Part shown: in pieces, positions 39,331 through 47,726 of the stretch
Layout: every line of letters starts with the position of its first letter
Position numbering within the stretch: the first letter of the stretch is position 1
Origin: Candidatus Thorarchaeota archaeon
Lineage (GTDB): Archaea; Asgardarchaeota; Thorarchaeia; Thorarchaeales; Thorarchaeaceae
Length of the DNA stretch: 64,000 nt
Assembly: GCA_048882045.1 (NCBI GenBank)
Contig: JBHLRZ010000016.1
Location: forward strand, 10,738-74,737
Reading direction: 5' to 3'
The notes under the pieces: generated by a model
Database searches by the model: none
Told to the model about the DNA's origin: nothing
What the model saw: only the letters and a program-made list of their open reading frames with translations
Made by a program: the position numbers and the translations under genes

Positions 39331-40457
39331 GTAATGCAGACTCCGAAGTCATAGAACTCATCGACATAGTTCTGGAAACCTTGGCTGAAACGATCAACGA
39401 AGGAGAGTTCCCCGAAATCGGATACTTTGGTTCAAAAAAGAAGAATGTGTATTACTCTGAAATTGAAGGGTATCTCCCAATCGAAGATACTCCATCATTC
39501 ATTGATGGTCGGAAAGTAGAGAGTGCAAAGACCATCGCAGGTCTTGTCTATGGACTTACACGCTTCAAGGAACACCTCGAACAGAGGATGTCTATGAGCT
39601 TAAGAGACTTTTACTACATGCACAAGGTGAAGCGTGTGCAGGACATCCTCAGGATATCCAATCAGACCGAAACAAACCGTTTGATCAATCTGTGTGAGAG
39701 GATTATCAAACACAATGGATCTTCTGTACCAAGAGAGGAGTTCGGAGTTGTAAGCTCACCAAAGGGTACATTCTATGGTGATGTGACTCTCTCAGACCTT
39801 TCAGGTAAGAGATTGGCTTGTAATGCAACTGGTGAGTATGGATGGTTCATTTCATCCCGTCCGTTCGATGTTCAAATCCACGACATCAACATCGATGCAG
39901 CTGTATTTGTCGAGAAAGAAGCCATGGCAAGAAACTTGATCGAACTCGGACTTCCAGAACAACTGAGTATAGGAGTTGGTTCTCTATTCGGTCAACCAGG
40001 GAGGAACATGAGGGCTTGGATTCGACGTTTGTCGGATAATGAGGTCCCCATCCTAGTCCTTGCAGACATGTCCCCCTGGTCTTTACGGATATTCTCGACC
40101 ATCAAGAGCAATTCGATTGAACTGGCGAACATCAGAGGTCTCGCAACTCCTAAGGCACGACTAATTGGTCTGACCACTAAGGACTTTTGGACAAAGAAGG
40201 GAATGCTCAACGGAATCGAGCATTCCCTTGAATCTATGAGTAGTTCTGACATCAAGTGTGCTAAACAGAACCAGAACATACCAGCAATTTGCCAAGACGT
40301 TTTTCTCAGAAAAGAGAATGACACTATGCTCAAGAAGAAAAGAAAAGGAGAACTTGAAGCCTTCAAAGCCTTTGGTTTACCACTTTCTGAATTGAAACAG
40401 TTGTATATTAGTTATCTAAGAGCAAAATCAGCAGACTATGATGTGAAACTGATATAA
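39327..40457 (+). CDS. top6A: DNA topoisomerase VI subunit A / Spo11-like (divergent)
   Basis: LRDFYY catalytic-Tyr motif, VEKEA Toprim Glu, GQP, ELEA; DxD motif reads DMS; overlaps the top6B stop. Confidence 0.82.
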   Translation: MSNADSEVIELIDIVLETLAETINEGEFPEIGYFGSKKKNVYYSEIEGYLPIEDTPSFIDGRKVESAKTIAGLVYGLTRFKEHLEQRMSMSLRDFYYMHKVKRVQDILRISNQTETNRLINLCERIIKHNGSSVPREEFGVVSSPKGTFYGDVTLSDLSGKRLACNATGEYGWFISSRPFDVQIHDINIDAAVFVEKEAMARNLIELGLPEQLSIGVGSLFGQPGRNMRAWIRRLSDNEVPILVLADMSPWSLRIFSTIKSNSIELANIRGLATPKARLIGLTTKDFWTKKGMLNGIEHSLESMSSSDIKCAKQNQNIPAICQDVFLRKENDTMLKKKRKGELEAFKAFGLPLSELKQLYISYLRAKSADYDVKLI

Positions 40458-40492
40458 AGGCCAGTTGTCTTCACACAGGATGAGGAGTCATT

Positions 40493-41131
40493 ATGACTGA
40501 TCGGGAGAAGATGCTAGAGCTACTGAATGAATTTCAAAACTCGATTGTCAAACTCATGGATGAGAGAGACAAACTGAGTTCTGAGAGTGAAGAACTGAGA
40601 GCTTCTAAACGAGAAGCTGAGGAGAAGGCTTGGGCTGCAGAAGAAAAGGTCAAGGAACTCACGGACGATTTGGCTGCAGTAAAGGATGAAGCTGAAGACC
40701 TTAAAACAAAGGCAGTCGAAGCGGAGTCATCCAAAGGAGAGGCTGTTAGTGCACTCCAAGCTGAAAGAGATGAACTCCGGAAGGAGATGGATGAGATCCA
40801 AGAACAGCTTGGTAGAGTATCAGAACTCTATAGAGAAGCGTCAGCTGAAAAAGAGGCCCTCCAAGAAAAGGTTGATGTAAGTGACCTATTGGCTATATAC
40901 ATCACACTCATCGAGACAGTCTTCTACGGCAAACCGCATGCACGAATACTGTACACCTTGCATGATGTAAAGACTGCCATTACGAGAAAGAACTTGGTTT
41001 CGAGTACGGGCATTCAACCTGCTGCAGTACTCAAAGCAGTTCATGACTTGGCAAATGCAGATCTGGTATCATATAATGATGAAACTCAAGAAGTAGAACT
41101 TACCAAGGATATCCTTCGCAGATCCGGATAA
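40493..41131 (+). CDS. Coiled-coil protein with C-terminal winged helix
   Basis: ~130 aa heptad repeats, then PHARILYTL...ITRKNL..STGIQPAAVLKAVHDL...LV.Y. Confidence 0.7.
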   Translation: MTDREKMLELLNEFQNSIVKLMDERDKLSSESEELRASKREAEEKAWAAEEKVKELTDDLAAVKDEAEDLKTKAVEAESSKGEAVSALQAERDELRKEMDEIQEQLGRVSELYREASAEKEALQEKVDVSDLLAIYITLIETVFYGKPHARILYTLHDVKTAITRKNLVSSTGIQPAAVLKAVHDLANADLVSYNDETQEVELTKDILRRSG

Positions 41132-41154
41132 TTTCAATCTGAGAGAGACAGCAA

Positions 41155-42159
41155 TTGGCTACAAAGACAACAATAGGACCCGCATTGCAGAAGTACATAC
41201 GTAGATACACGCTTAATGACAAACTCAGCTCCATCACCTCCCTACTCGGTGACGAAACACAGAATGTCATAGACTGGGCATATGAAGAGGCAAAGAGAAG
41301 GATTGCTGAAAATCCTGAGGAGAAGAAGAGGGATATTGGGAGAATAGTCTTTGATCTCATTGGCAATGAAGCTGCAATCGTTCTTGTGAAACAAAATCAT
41401 GCAAAAGGAAGGTTGACGACTAAGAGTGAGGTCAAGTCAAAGACAGGACAAAAAGTCGAGATGCCAGTACTCTATCGTGATGCGGGATTGAGGCATCCAC
41501 AAGAAGCTAGGAATCTTAGACACAATCTCTTCCACGAGGCATTTCATGCATTAATCATGCATCTATTTCCTGACGTTTCAACAAGTGTACCATCAACAGG
41601 AGAGGGGTTGACTCCAGACCTGATGATTGAACACAAAGACCCTGACTGGTTAATCTCGGTCGAATACAAAGGTTATCGATCGATCACCCTTCTAAGCGAG
41701 TCGGAAGTTCTCAAGGGAATGAGGTATCAAGATGCATTCGGAACAGCATGGTTAGTGACTTCATCCGCGAAGACTGTCAGGGATGTATACAAAAAAACGA
41801 TTCATTCCAAAGAAATCGTAGAACGGGGAATAGAGAGATTACGAAGGATATACAAACGGCAAGCCTTCACAAGTGAGCAGAAGGAGAATAGAGGAATTGC
41901 AAGGAAAGGAATCAGTCACCTTGAGAAACACAAGGACCTAGACTTGAAATGCCGCCTCTGGACTGCAGAAGAACTCCTTGAATCGATGAAGGACGGAAAA
42001 CCTGTAAAGGGGCTAATCATCTCAAGTGGATTCGAATTCATCAAACTACTCAAGGATGCAGGACTCGAGGAAGAAGCCGATAATGTTCTGCGCGTGATGA
42101 AACTTCCAACATCATCTTTACACAGTGACAAGGTGACTTCTGTCCGATTGATAGGATAA
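41155..42159 (+). CDS. PD-(D/E)xK nuclease-fold protein
   Basis: FHE...GLTPDLMI...ISVEYKGY; Lys/Arg-rich. Confidence 0.6.
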   Translation: MATKTTIGPALQKYIRRYTLNDKLSSITSLLGDETQNVIDWAYEEAKRRIAENPEEKKRDIGRIVFDLIGNEAAIVLVKQNHAKGRLTTKSEVKSKTGQKVEMPVLYRDAGLRHPQEARNLRHNLFHEAFHALIMHLFPDVSTSVPSTGEGLTPDLMIEHKDPDWLISVEYKGYRSITLLSESEVLKGMRYQDAFGTAWLVTSSAKTVRDVYKKTIHSKEIVERGIERLRRIYKRQAFTSEQKENRGIARKGISHLEKHKDLDLKCRLWTAEELLESMKDGKPVKGLIISSGFEFIKLLKDAGLEEEADNVLRVMKLPTSSLHSDKVTSVRLIG

Positions 42160-42262
42160 TTGACTAAAAACAGGTCTAGGGATGGTGCTCCCAAGCTTTA
42201 TCAATGCCTTGCGTGAAAGCCATACTGTCCCTGATTAAAACAGGGCATGAGGGATTCGACAG

Positions 42263-42661
42263 TTGACGGACTCAAGTCAGAGTATCATGAAGCTTCAAGA
42301 GCAGCTAAGCGACCTTCTTAGAGCACTATCAAGTAGATCCCCCATTCTTGGAGCTGCTGTATTTTCAATAGAGGGACTTCCATTAGTCAGCAGGTTTCAT
42401 GGTGGCACTGAGGAAGCTTCCATAGCAGCTATAGTGGCCGCAATCCATGCTGCCGGTGAGCAGACTGTCAAAGAACTACGGCAAGGAGAACTCAAATCAA
42501 TCATAATTCAGGGAGACCTAGGAACAACTCTTGTAATTTCAATATCATCAGACTATCTTCTAACTGTTACAGCCCCGGATAATGCCAAACTCGGACTTAT
42601 CTTCAGTGATGCAAAGAAAGCAGGGAGAGATGCTAGGAAGATTCTCCATCAGGCAATTTGA
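42263..42661 (+). CDS. Roadblock/LC7 domain protein
   Basis: GAAVFSIEGLPL...IAAIVAAI...ELRQGELKSIIIQG...AKLGLI. Confidence 0.9.
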   Translation: MTDSSQSIMKLQEQLSDLLRALSSRSPILGAAVFSIEGLPLVSRFHGGTEEASIAAIVAAIHAAGEQTVKELRQGELKSIIIQGDLGTTLVISISSDYLLTVTAPDNAKLGLIFSDAKKAGRDARKILHQAI

Positions 42662-42667
42662 TTTACG

Positions 42668-43498
42668 ATGTCGATTCTCAATAAACTCTACATTGACAAG
42701 CATCCGTGTTTTTCCAATCGGAGAGAGACCCTCTGGCATCGAATACACCTACCTGTGGCTCCCAATTGTAATGTCAAATGTGCATTTTGCTCCCATTTAA
42801 TAGGTTCCTCCTGCCACACCTCAAAGCCGGGATTTTCGAGCCAGCTCATGTCTCCAGAAGTCGCAGCTTCACGAGCTTTGTTGGAGATTAATCTCGATCC
42901 AAGAATCAGCATAGTTGCAGTGTCAGGACCCGGTGAACCTCTAGCTAATTCTGAAACATTTGAAACATTTGAACTAATTAGAGAACGAACACGTGACATC
43001 CACTTTTGCCTCAGCACTAATGGAACATTATTGTCAGAAAAAGTACAATGGCTTAGAATGATGGGGTTCAAGACATTAACCGTATCGATGAGTACAGCGA
43101 ACCCATCCACAGCTTCAAGAATCTATGAATGGGCTGTTATTTCAGAGAAGAGAATGACAGGAGAAAGGATGGGTCAAATCATCGTCGATTCGCAGCTTCG
43201 AGGTATTTCTGATGCTGCTAATGCTGGACTGACTGTCAAGGTGAATACTATTCTCATTCCTGGTTTTAATCAAGAGGATATCATCGATTTAGCTGAATCT
43301 GTGTCAGATGCTGGAGCTGCAATTCAGAACATTGTACCTCTGGTACCGAATGACAGACTTTCTTCTTTATTGTCTCCAAGCAAAGAAGCAATTGAGGAAG
43401 CGAGGAAGCAAGCAGCAGAGCATATTAAGCAATTCAGACATTGCAAACAATGTAGGAGCGACGTAGTTGGTCTACCTGGTTGCGATGTCATTTTGTGA
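42668..43498 (+). CDS. NifB-like radical SAM protein (core domain only)
   Basis: HPCF, RIHLPVAPNCNVKCAFC, SGPGEPL, CLSTNG, KVNTILIPG.N, CKQCRSDVVG. Confidence 0.85.
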   Translation: MSILNKLYIDKHPCFSNRRETLWHRIHLPVAPNCNVKCAFCSHLIGSSCHTSKPGFSSQLMSPEVAASRALLEINLDPRISIVAVSGPGEPLANSETFETFELIRERTRDIHFCLSTNGTLLSEKVQWLRMMGFKTLTVSMSTANPSTASRIYEWAVISEKRMTGERMGQIIVDSQLRGISDAANAGLTVKVNTILIPGFNQEDIIDLAESVSDAGAAIQNIVPLVPNDRLSSLLSPSKEAIEEARKQAAEHIKQFRHCKQCRSDVVGLPGCDVIL

Positions 43499-43501
43499 AT
43501 A

Positions 43502-44320
43502 CTACTGAATACTGAGACACCCTTCTTCGACCAATTTGTTGATGATGAACCACATCGCTCGTGGATCATACTTGAGTGATTCAAGGACCGCTCTAACTTT
43601 CTTGGTGCCATCGAACTCTTTTAGGATATCATCCAAAGGTTTTCCATATTGAGCCCTCAATTTTTTGAGTTTCATTTCAGGACAGTCTTTCCTGACCAGA
43701 ATGTTATCCTCAGTCAATCGAGCCTTGAATTCAATCCAATTGTACCGAGTAAGGATGGAGATCAGAGCTAGGACTTTTTCATCTGGAAATCCAATAAGAT
43801 CCATTATCTCAGCTACGGTTCGTTTTCCATTGATGAACGATTCTACTTGCTCCAAATCGTGATCAACAGAACCTACCCTGAAGGGGATCCGAATTCCATT
43901 CTTTGATTGGATTGGCACAAGATCAAGATCTGCTGTGGAGAATGGGAATTCTTGAACAACTGTAAGAGCAGATTCTCTGAATCTGCGAACATCTCCCTCA
44001 AAGTGTCGAAGTTTTTCCCCATGATCAACCTCAACCTGACTTAGAATTCGTTTGAGCTTTTCACGGTACGGCGACTCGTCTGCGACTGGATCCACAACTA
44101 GCAAAACAAGTATATTCTCACCAACCTCGATTAAGATATCATATGCGGCCTTTCTGATTGTCCGTATTGGGGTCTTAGCAAAAATGATGACCGCTGTAAC
44201 AAAGCCTGCAATCAGATCTGGATCGACAGTGAGCTCAGCATATGGAATGTTGAGAACAGACTCTCCTCCTTCCATTCGAATCAATGAGATGTATCGGACC
44301 TTAGAAACGTCTAGAGCCAT
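43502..44320 (-). CDS. Longin-like + tandem winged-helix protein (paralog 2)
   Basis: RYISL.R.EGGE...VDPDLIAGFV.AVIIF N-domain; two (N/D)G.(R/K)..V wHTH repeats. Confidence 0.65.
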   Translation of the reverse strand: MALDVSKVRYISLIRMEGGESVLNIPYAELTVDPDLIAGFVTAVIIFAKTPIRTIRKAAYDILIEVGENILVLLVVDPVADESPYREKLKRILSQVEVDHGEKLRHFEGDVRRFRESALTVVQEFPFSTADLDLVPIQSKNGIRIPFRVGSVDHDLEQVESFINGKRTVAEIMDLIGFPDEKVLALISILTRYNWIEFKARLTEDNILVRKDCPEMKLKKLRAQYGKPLDDILKEFDGTKKVRAVLESLKYDPRAMWFIINKLVEEGCLSIQ

Positions 44321-44323
44321 CTA

Positions 44324-45220
44324 TCATCCCTCCACATCTTTGACTGAGGATACAGTCTTTGAGTCACTATATCCCAAGACTCCTGCATCAATCAGGTTGT
44401 TTGCTACGAGACGAACAGCCTCCATATTGAACGGGAGAAGTTCACATATTTCTGCGAGCGTGCGAGTTCCATTAATCTGTTCAACAAGTTTGGTAAGTTG
44501 TTCACCATACACTCCCTTTAGGAAGAGTGGAGGATCCATGATCTTGACCAATACTGAGTTATCCTCAAGTTTTCTGGTGAAGGAAATCCATTTGTATTTG
44601 TCAAGCATCGATAGAATAGCAATCACTTCATCATCTTCCAGGCTCGATTGCTTCATTATATCCTCTATTGTACGTTTCCCATTAATGAAACCCACAAGAA
44701 TTTGGAGTTTTTCATCAGTTTCACCCACCGACCAGGGAATATTGGCATGAAGATCAGGCGTTGCTTCTGATTTTGCCACCATTTTAGGAATCATCTCGAG
44801 GGCGAAATTCCTGTAAGGATATGCCCGAAGTATTTCGAGAGCATATTCTCGAAATGGACGAATATCACCCTTCCAGGCTTCTAGGAGAGGTTGATGTGTC
44901 GATTCGAAATGTTTGACTATTTTGATCAAGTTGTTTCTGTAGGGATCGTCATCTTCCACCTTATCTACAATGAGTAGTCCGACGACATAATCACCCTCTT
45001 CGATGACTACCGTATAGCCTTCTTTCGTGAATGTCCTCAATTGTCTGTTTTCAAAAATGATTACTGCTAGAACGAAGCTTGCAACAAGGTCGGGGTCTAC
45101 ACTCATCTCTCTATAGGGGATACCTATGATTGGTTCTCCTCCTTCTTTTCGAACGAGAGAGATATAACGGACTTCTGCCTTCTCTATGCCAGATTCGTTC
45201 ACACCATCTTTCAGAAACAA
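44324..45220 (-). CDS. Longin-like + tandem winged-helix protein (paralog 1)
   Basis: Same architecture; INGKRTIEDI and INGTRTLAEI repeats; clearly paralogous to 43502-44320. Confidence 0.65.
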   Translation of the reverse strand: MFLKDGVNESGIEKAEVRYISLVRKEGGEPIIGIPYREMSVDPDLVASFVLAVIIFENRQLRTFTKEGYTVVIEEGDYVVGLLIVDKVEDDDPYRNNLIKIVKHFESTHQPLLEAWKGDIRPFREYALEILRAYPYRNFALEMIPKMVAKSEATPDLHANIPWSVGETDEKLQILVGFINGKRTIEDIMKQSSLEDDEVIAILSMLDKYKWISFTRKLEDNSVLVKIMDPPLFLKGVYGEQLTKLVEQINGTRTLAEICELLPFNMEAVRLVANNLIDAGVLGYSDSKTVSSVKDVEG

Positions 45221-45236
45221 GTGCCTAAATAAGTTA

Positions 45237-46130
45237 TCAGAGGAAATCCATCAAGCCAGATTGTGTTACCATGGTAATATCCTCATCATAATCCAAGCTA
45301 TATCCTATCACCTGTTTCAGATCAATAACCGTATATGAGCTCCCCAGACTAGTGACTAAGAGTGACCCCTTCATTCCTACAACCTCGCCCAACAGTGGAC
45401 TGTCATCAATCTTGGCTGTTCTTGATTTCCAAGGATTCGGTTGTGTATCAACACTCGAAAGAGAGTAGTATTTAGATAGATCTTCGAGTTCAACAGTATT
45501 TCCGAGCTCACCATCTTCTATCTCCAAAAGGAAATCTTCTACAATAGATTGAGCATTATCAATCTCTATTTTGTCAAGAAGACCTCGTATCTTTCTCTCC
45601 CCTCGAACCTGCTTTGCAGCTTTTGGGTTCTTTCCAAGGCGATCTTCGATTCTTCGCGCATCTATACCGCCTTCAACTAAACGGAGGGTTCCACCATAAT
45701 CGGCCCCCTGCTCGACCCATCTTGTACGTACTCTCTTCTCTGAAGATACGCCAATCTTGAGTGTTTCATCATTGAATACGACAAGATAGATTGCATAATC
45801 TGTGCCATCACATTGAGCCCGTCTCTCAGAAGATGCCATGCAGTTTCTACCATCACATCGGATACATGGGTCCACAAAATCCATGGCGGAACAAGGACCA
45901 CATCGTAGTGTTCCGCGTTGTAGAATAACAGAATCTTCAGGGCAACGGACTGATTGCAATGAGGAGTCAACACTTCCAATACATCGTCGAGGCCCACGGA
46001 ACACCCAGCTGACTTTCTCCCCAGGGACAACAGGAATAAACTCTGGAGTATCACTATCGTTCCAGACTCGCAAGCCTGAGAGGAATGACCCATCATCTTG
46101 AGCCTTCCATGATATTCCCATAACCTGCAT
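45237..46130 (-). CDS. DUF2797-like Cys-rich protein
   Basis: RRCIG...CP...CGPC...CIRC, YLVVF...KIGVS....TRWVEQGA, G..ARRIED, GEVVGMKGSLL; start at MQV (ORF track extends to 46187). Confidence 0.7.
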   Translation of the reverse strand: MQVMGISWKAQDDGSFLSGLRVWNDSDTPEFIPVVPGEKVSWVFRGPRRCIGSVDSSLQSVRCPEDSVILQRGTLRCGPCSAMDFVDPCIRCDGRNCMASSERRAQCDGTDYAIYLVVFNDETLKIGVSSEKRVRTRWVEQGADYGGTLRLVEGGIDARRIEDRLGKNPKAAKQVRGERKIRGLLDKIEIDNAQSIVEDFLLEIEDGELGNTVELEDLSKYYSLSSVDTQPNPWKSRTAKIDDSPLLGEVVGMKGSLLVTSLGSSYTVIDLKQVIGYSLDYDEDITMVTQSGLMDFL

Positions 46131-46140
46131 GAGATTTGCC

Positions 46141-47187
46141 TCAGAATCGTTTGAACTGTCCTTTTCCTCGTACCATCCACTGGACACCTTTAATGTTCAA
46201 ATCTTTCTTACATTTTGGACAGGTACCATCAGAGTCAAGATTGTTGCTACTGAGATATACTGAATATCTTTCGACAGCTTTGAAACCACATTCCGGGCAG
46301 TACGTATTCTCATAGTCGTGACCTGCAACGTTTCCCGAATAGACAAAGACAAGTCCAGCGTCCTTCGCAACCTCGATATGCCTCTCCAATGTAGAAGCAG
46401 GTGTACGAGGTAAGTGCTTCATTTTGTAGGTTGGAGCGAATGCAGTAAGGTGGAAGGGGGTGAGTTCTCCTAAGTTCTGAACAACCCATTCAGCAAGATA
46501 CTTGGTATCCTCCAAAGAGTCACCTACTTCTGGAATGATCAGATTCGTAATCTCGATGAAGATGTTTCTTTCTTTCATAGCTTTCATTGAGGCATAAATA
46601 GGATCAACCTTGGGAACGGACATCAAGTCTTTGTAGAACTTTTTATTGCCACTACCCTTGAAGTTGATAGATGCCGCATCTAGATATGGTGCTATCATGT
46701 CCACAGCATCTATGGTCATGTAGCCGTTGGTTACGAATGTGTTGAACATTCCTTTCTCGTGAGCAATCTTGGCGGTGTCGTATGCCAATTCATAGAAGAC
46801 AGTAGGTTCAGTGTATGTGTACGTGATTCCACTACAGTCATATTTCTCTGCGAGAATTACGATATCCTCGGGACTCACATATTGTCCAACTGGGATTTCT
46901 CTGTGGGCGGAATGATAGTTTAGGCAGAATTGACAACGAAAATTACAGGAAGAGGTGCTAATTGAGAAAGCCGAACTTCCAGGAGCGAAATGGAAGAGTG
47001 GTTTCTTCTCGATGGGATCAGCCGCCATTCCGTCAATCAATCCATAGACTGTTGTATAGAGATTGTTATCCTTTGCCACTCTAACCCTACAGAATCCAGT
47101 TTCACCATCATGGATTACACATCTTCTAGCACATAGGTCACATCTGATACCCTGTTTAAGGTTGGAGTAAAGCAGCGCCTCTTTCAT
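46141..47187 (-). CDS. amrS: AmmeMemoRadiSam system radical SAM enzyme
   Basis: CDLCARRC...GFCRVR, DPIEKKPLFHF, CNFRCQFC, YTYTEP, YSGNV.G...TYCPECG. Confidence 0.93.
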   Translation of the reverse strand: MKEALLYSNLKQGIRCDLCARRCVIHDGETGFCRVRVAKDNNLYTTVYGLIDGMAADPIEKKPLFHFAPGSSAFSISTSSCNFRCQFCLNYHSAHREIPVGQYVSPEDIVILAEKYDCSGITYTYTEPTVFYELAYDTAKIAHEKGMFNTFVTNGYMTIDAVDMIAPYLDAASINFKGSGNKKFYKDLMSVPKVDPIYASMKAMKERNIFIEITNLIIPEVGDSLEDTKYLAEWVVQNLGELTPFHLTAFAPTYKMKHLPRTPASTLERHIEVAKDAGLVFVYSGNVAGHDYENTYCPECGFKAVERYSVYLSSNNLDSDGTCPKCKKDLNIKGVQWMVRGKGQFKRF

Positions 47188-47285
47188 CGTGATTCTCTCC
47201 TCGTTTGAATTCTTATGCGTGTTCCGGTGTGTTTCTCGTAATCAGAATTATAAGAAAAAGTTGAGAGAATCCTTTTGATATCACT

Positions 47286-47726
47286 ATGCCAGATCCTAAG
47301 GAGCTGAAACGAATAGACGGTCTCTTCAATCTTGCATCAGCACGCAGTAGACCGTTTCTCGATCAATGCTCCGAAGCAAAGTATCTAGCTGTTAGGGACT
47401 ACAATCGGGCGGCTGATGAAACTCTGAAACTTGCTATGCAGACTCTCAAGTTCGCAGGAGCTAATAGTCCAGCTCTCACAGGAGAATTTTCAGAGATTAG
47501 ATCAGCTGTGAAAGCAGGTCAACTTGATACAGACTTCATTAAGCAACTGTCAACTCTTCGTACAAAATACATCAAGCAAGTTCTCAGACCTGCGGTCAAA
47601 ACATACCTCAGTAATGAAGATTTCAAAACATCGGATCTTGACTCGTACTATGAAAGCGCTCTGAGAATAGATGGACTATTAGAGGTGGTTCAGTTTCTTA
47701 AGCGAATTAGACCAGATTCATTCTGA
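47286..47726 (+). CDS. Hypothetical helical protein
   Basis: 146 aa ORF filling the intergenic space, ATG start. Confidence 0.6.
   Translation: MPDPKELKRIDGLFNLASARSRPFLDQCSEAKYLAVRDYNRAADETLKLAMQTLKFAGANSPALTGEFSEIRSAVKAGQLDTDFIKQLSTLRTKYIKQVLRPAVKTYLSNEDFKTSDLDSYYESALRIDGLLEVVQFLKRIRPDSF

Noticed and set aside
39327-42159. Wadjet (JetABCD) or SMC system
   Set aside because: The coiled-coil proteins have no Walker A/B or signature motifs, and Top6A is paired with a normal Top6B
42668-43498. Evidence for nitrogen fixation
   Set aside because: No nitrogenase structural genes in the window, and several NifB signature motifs are altered
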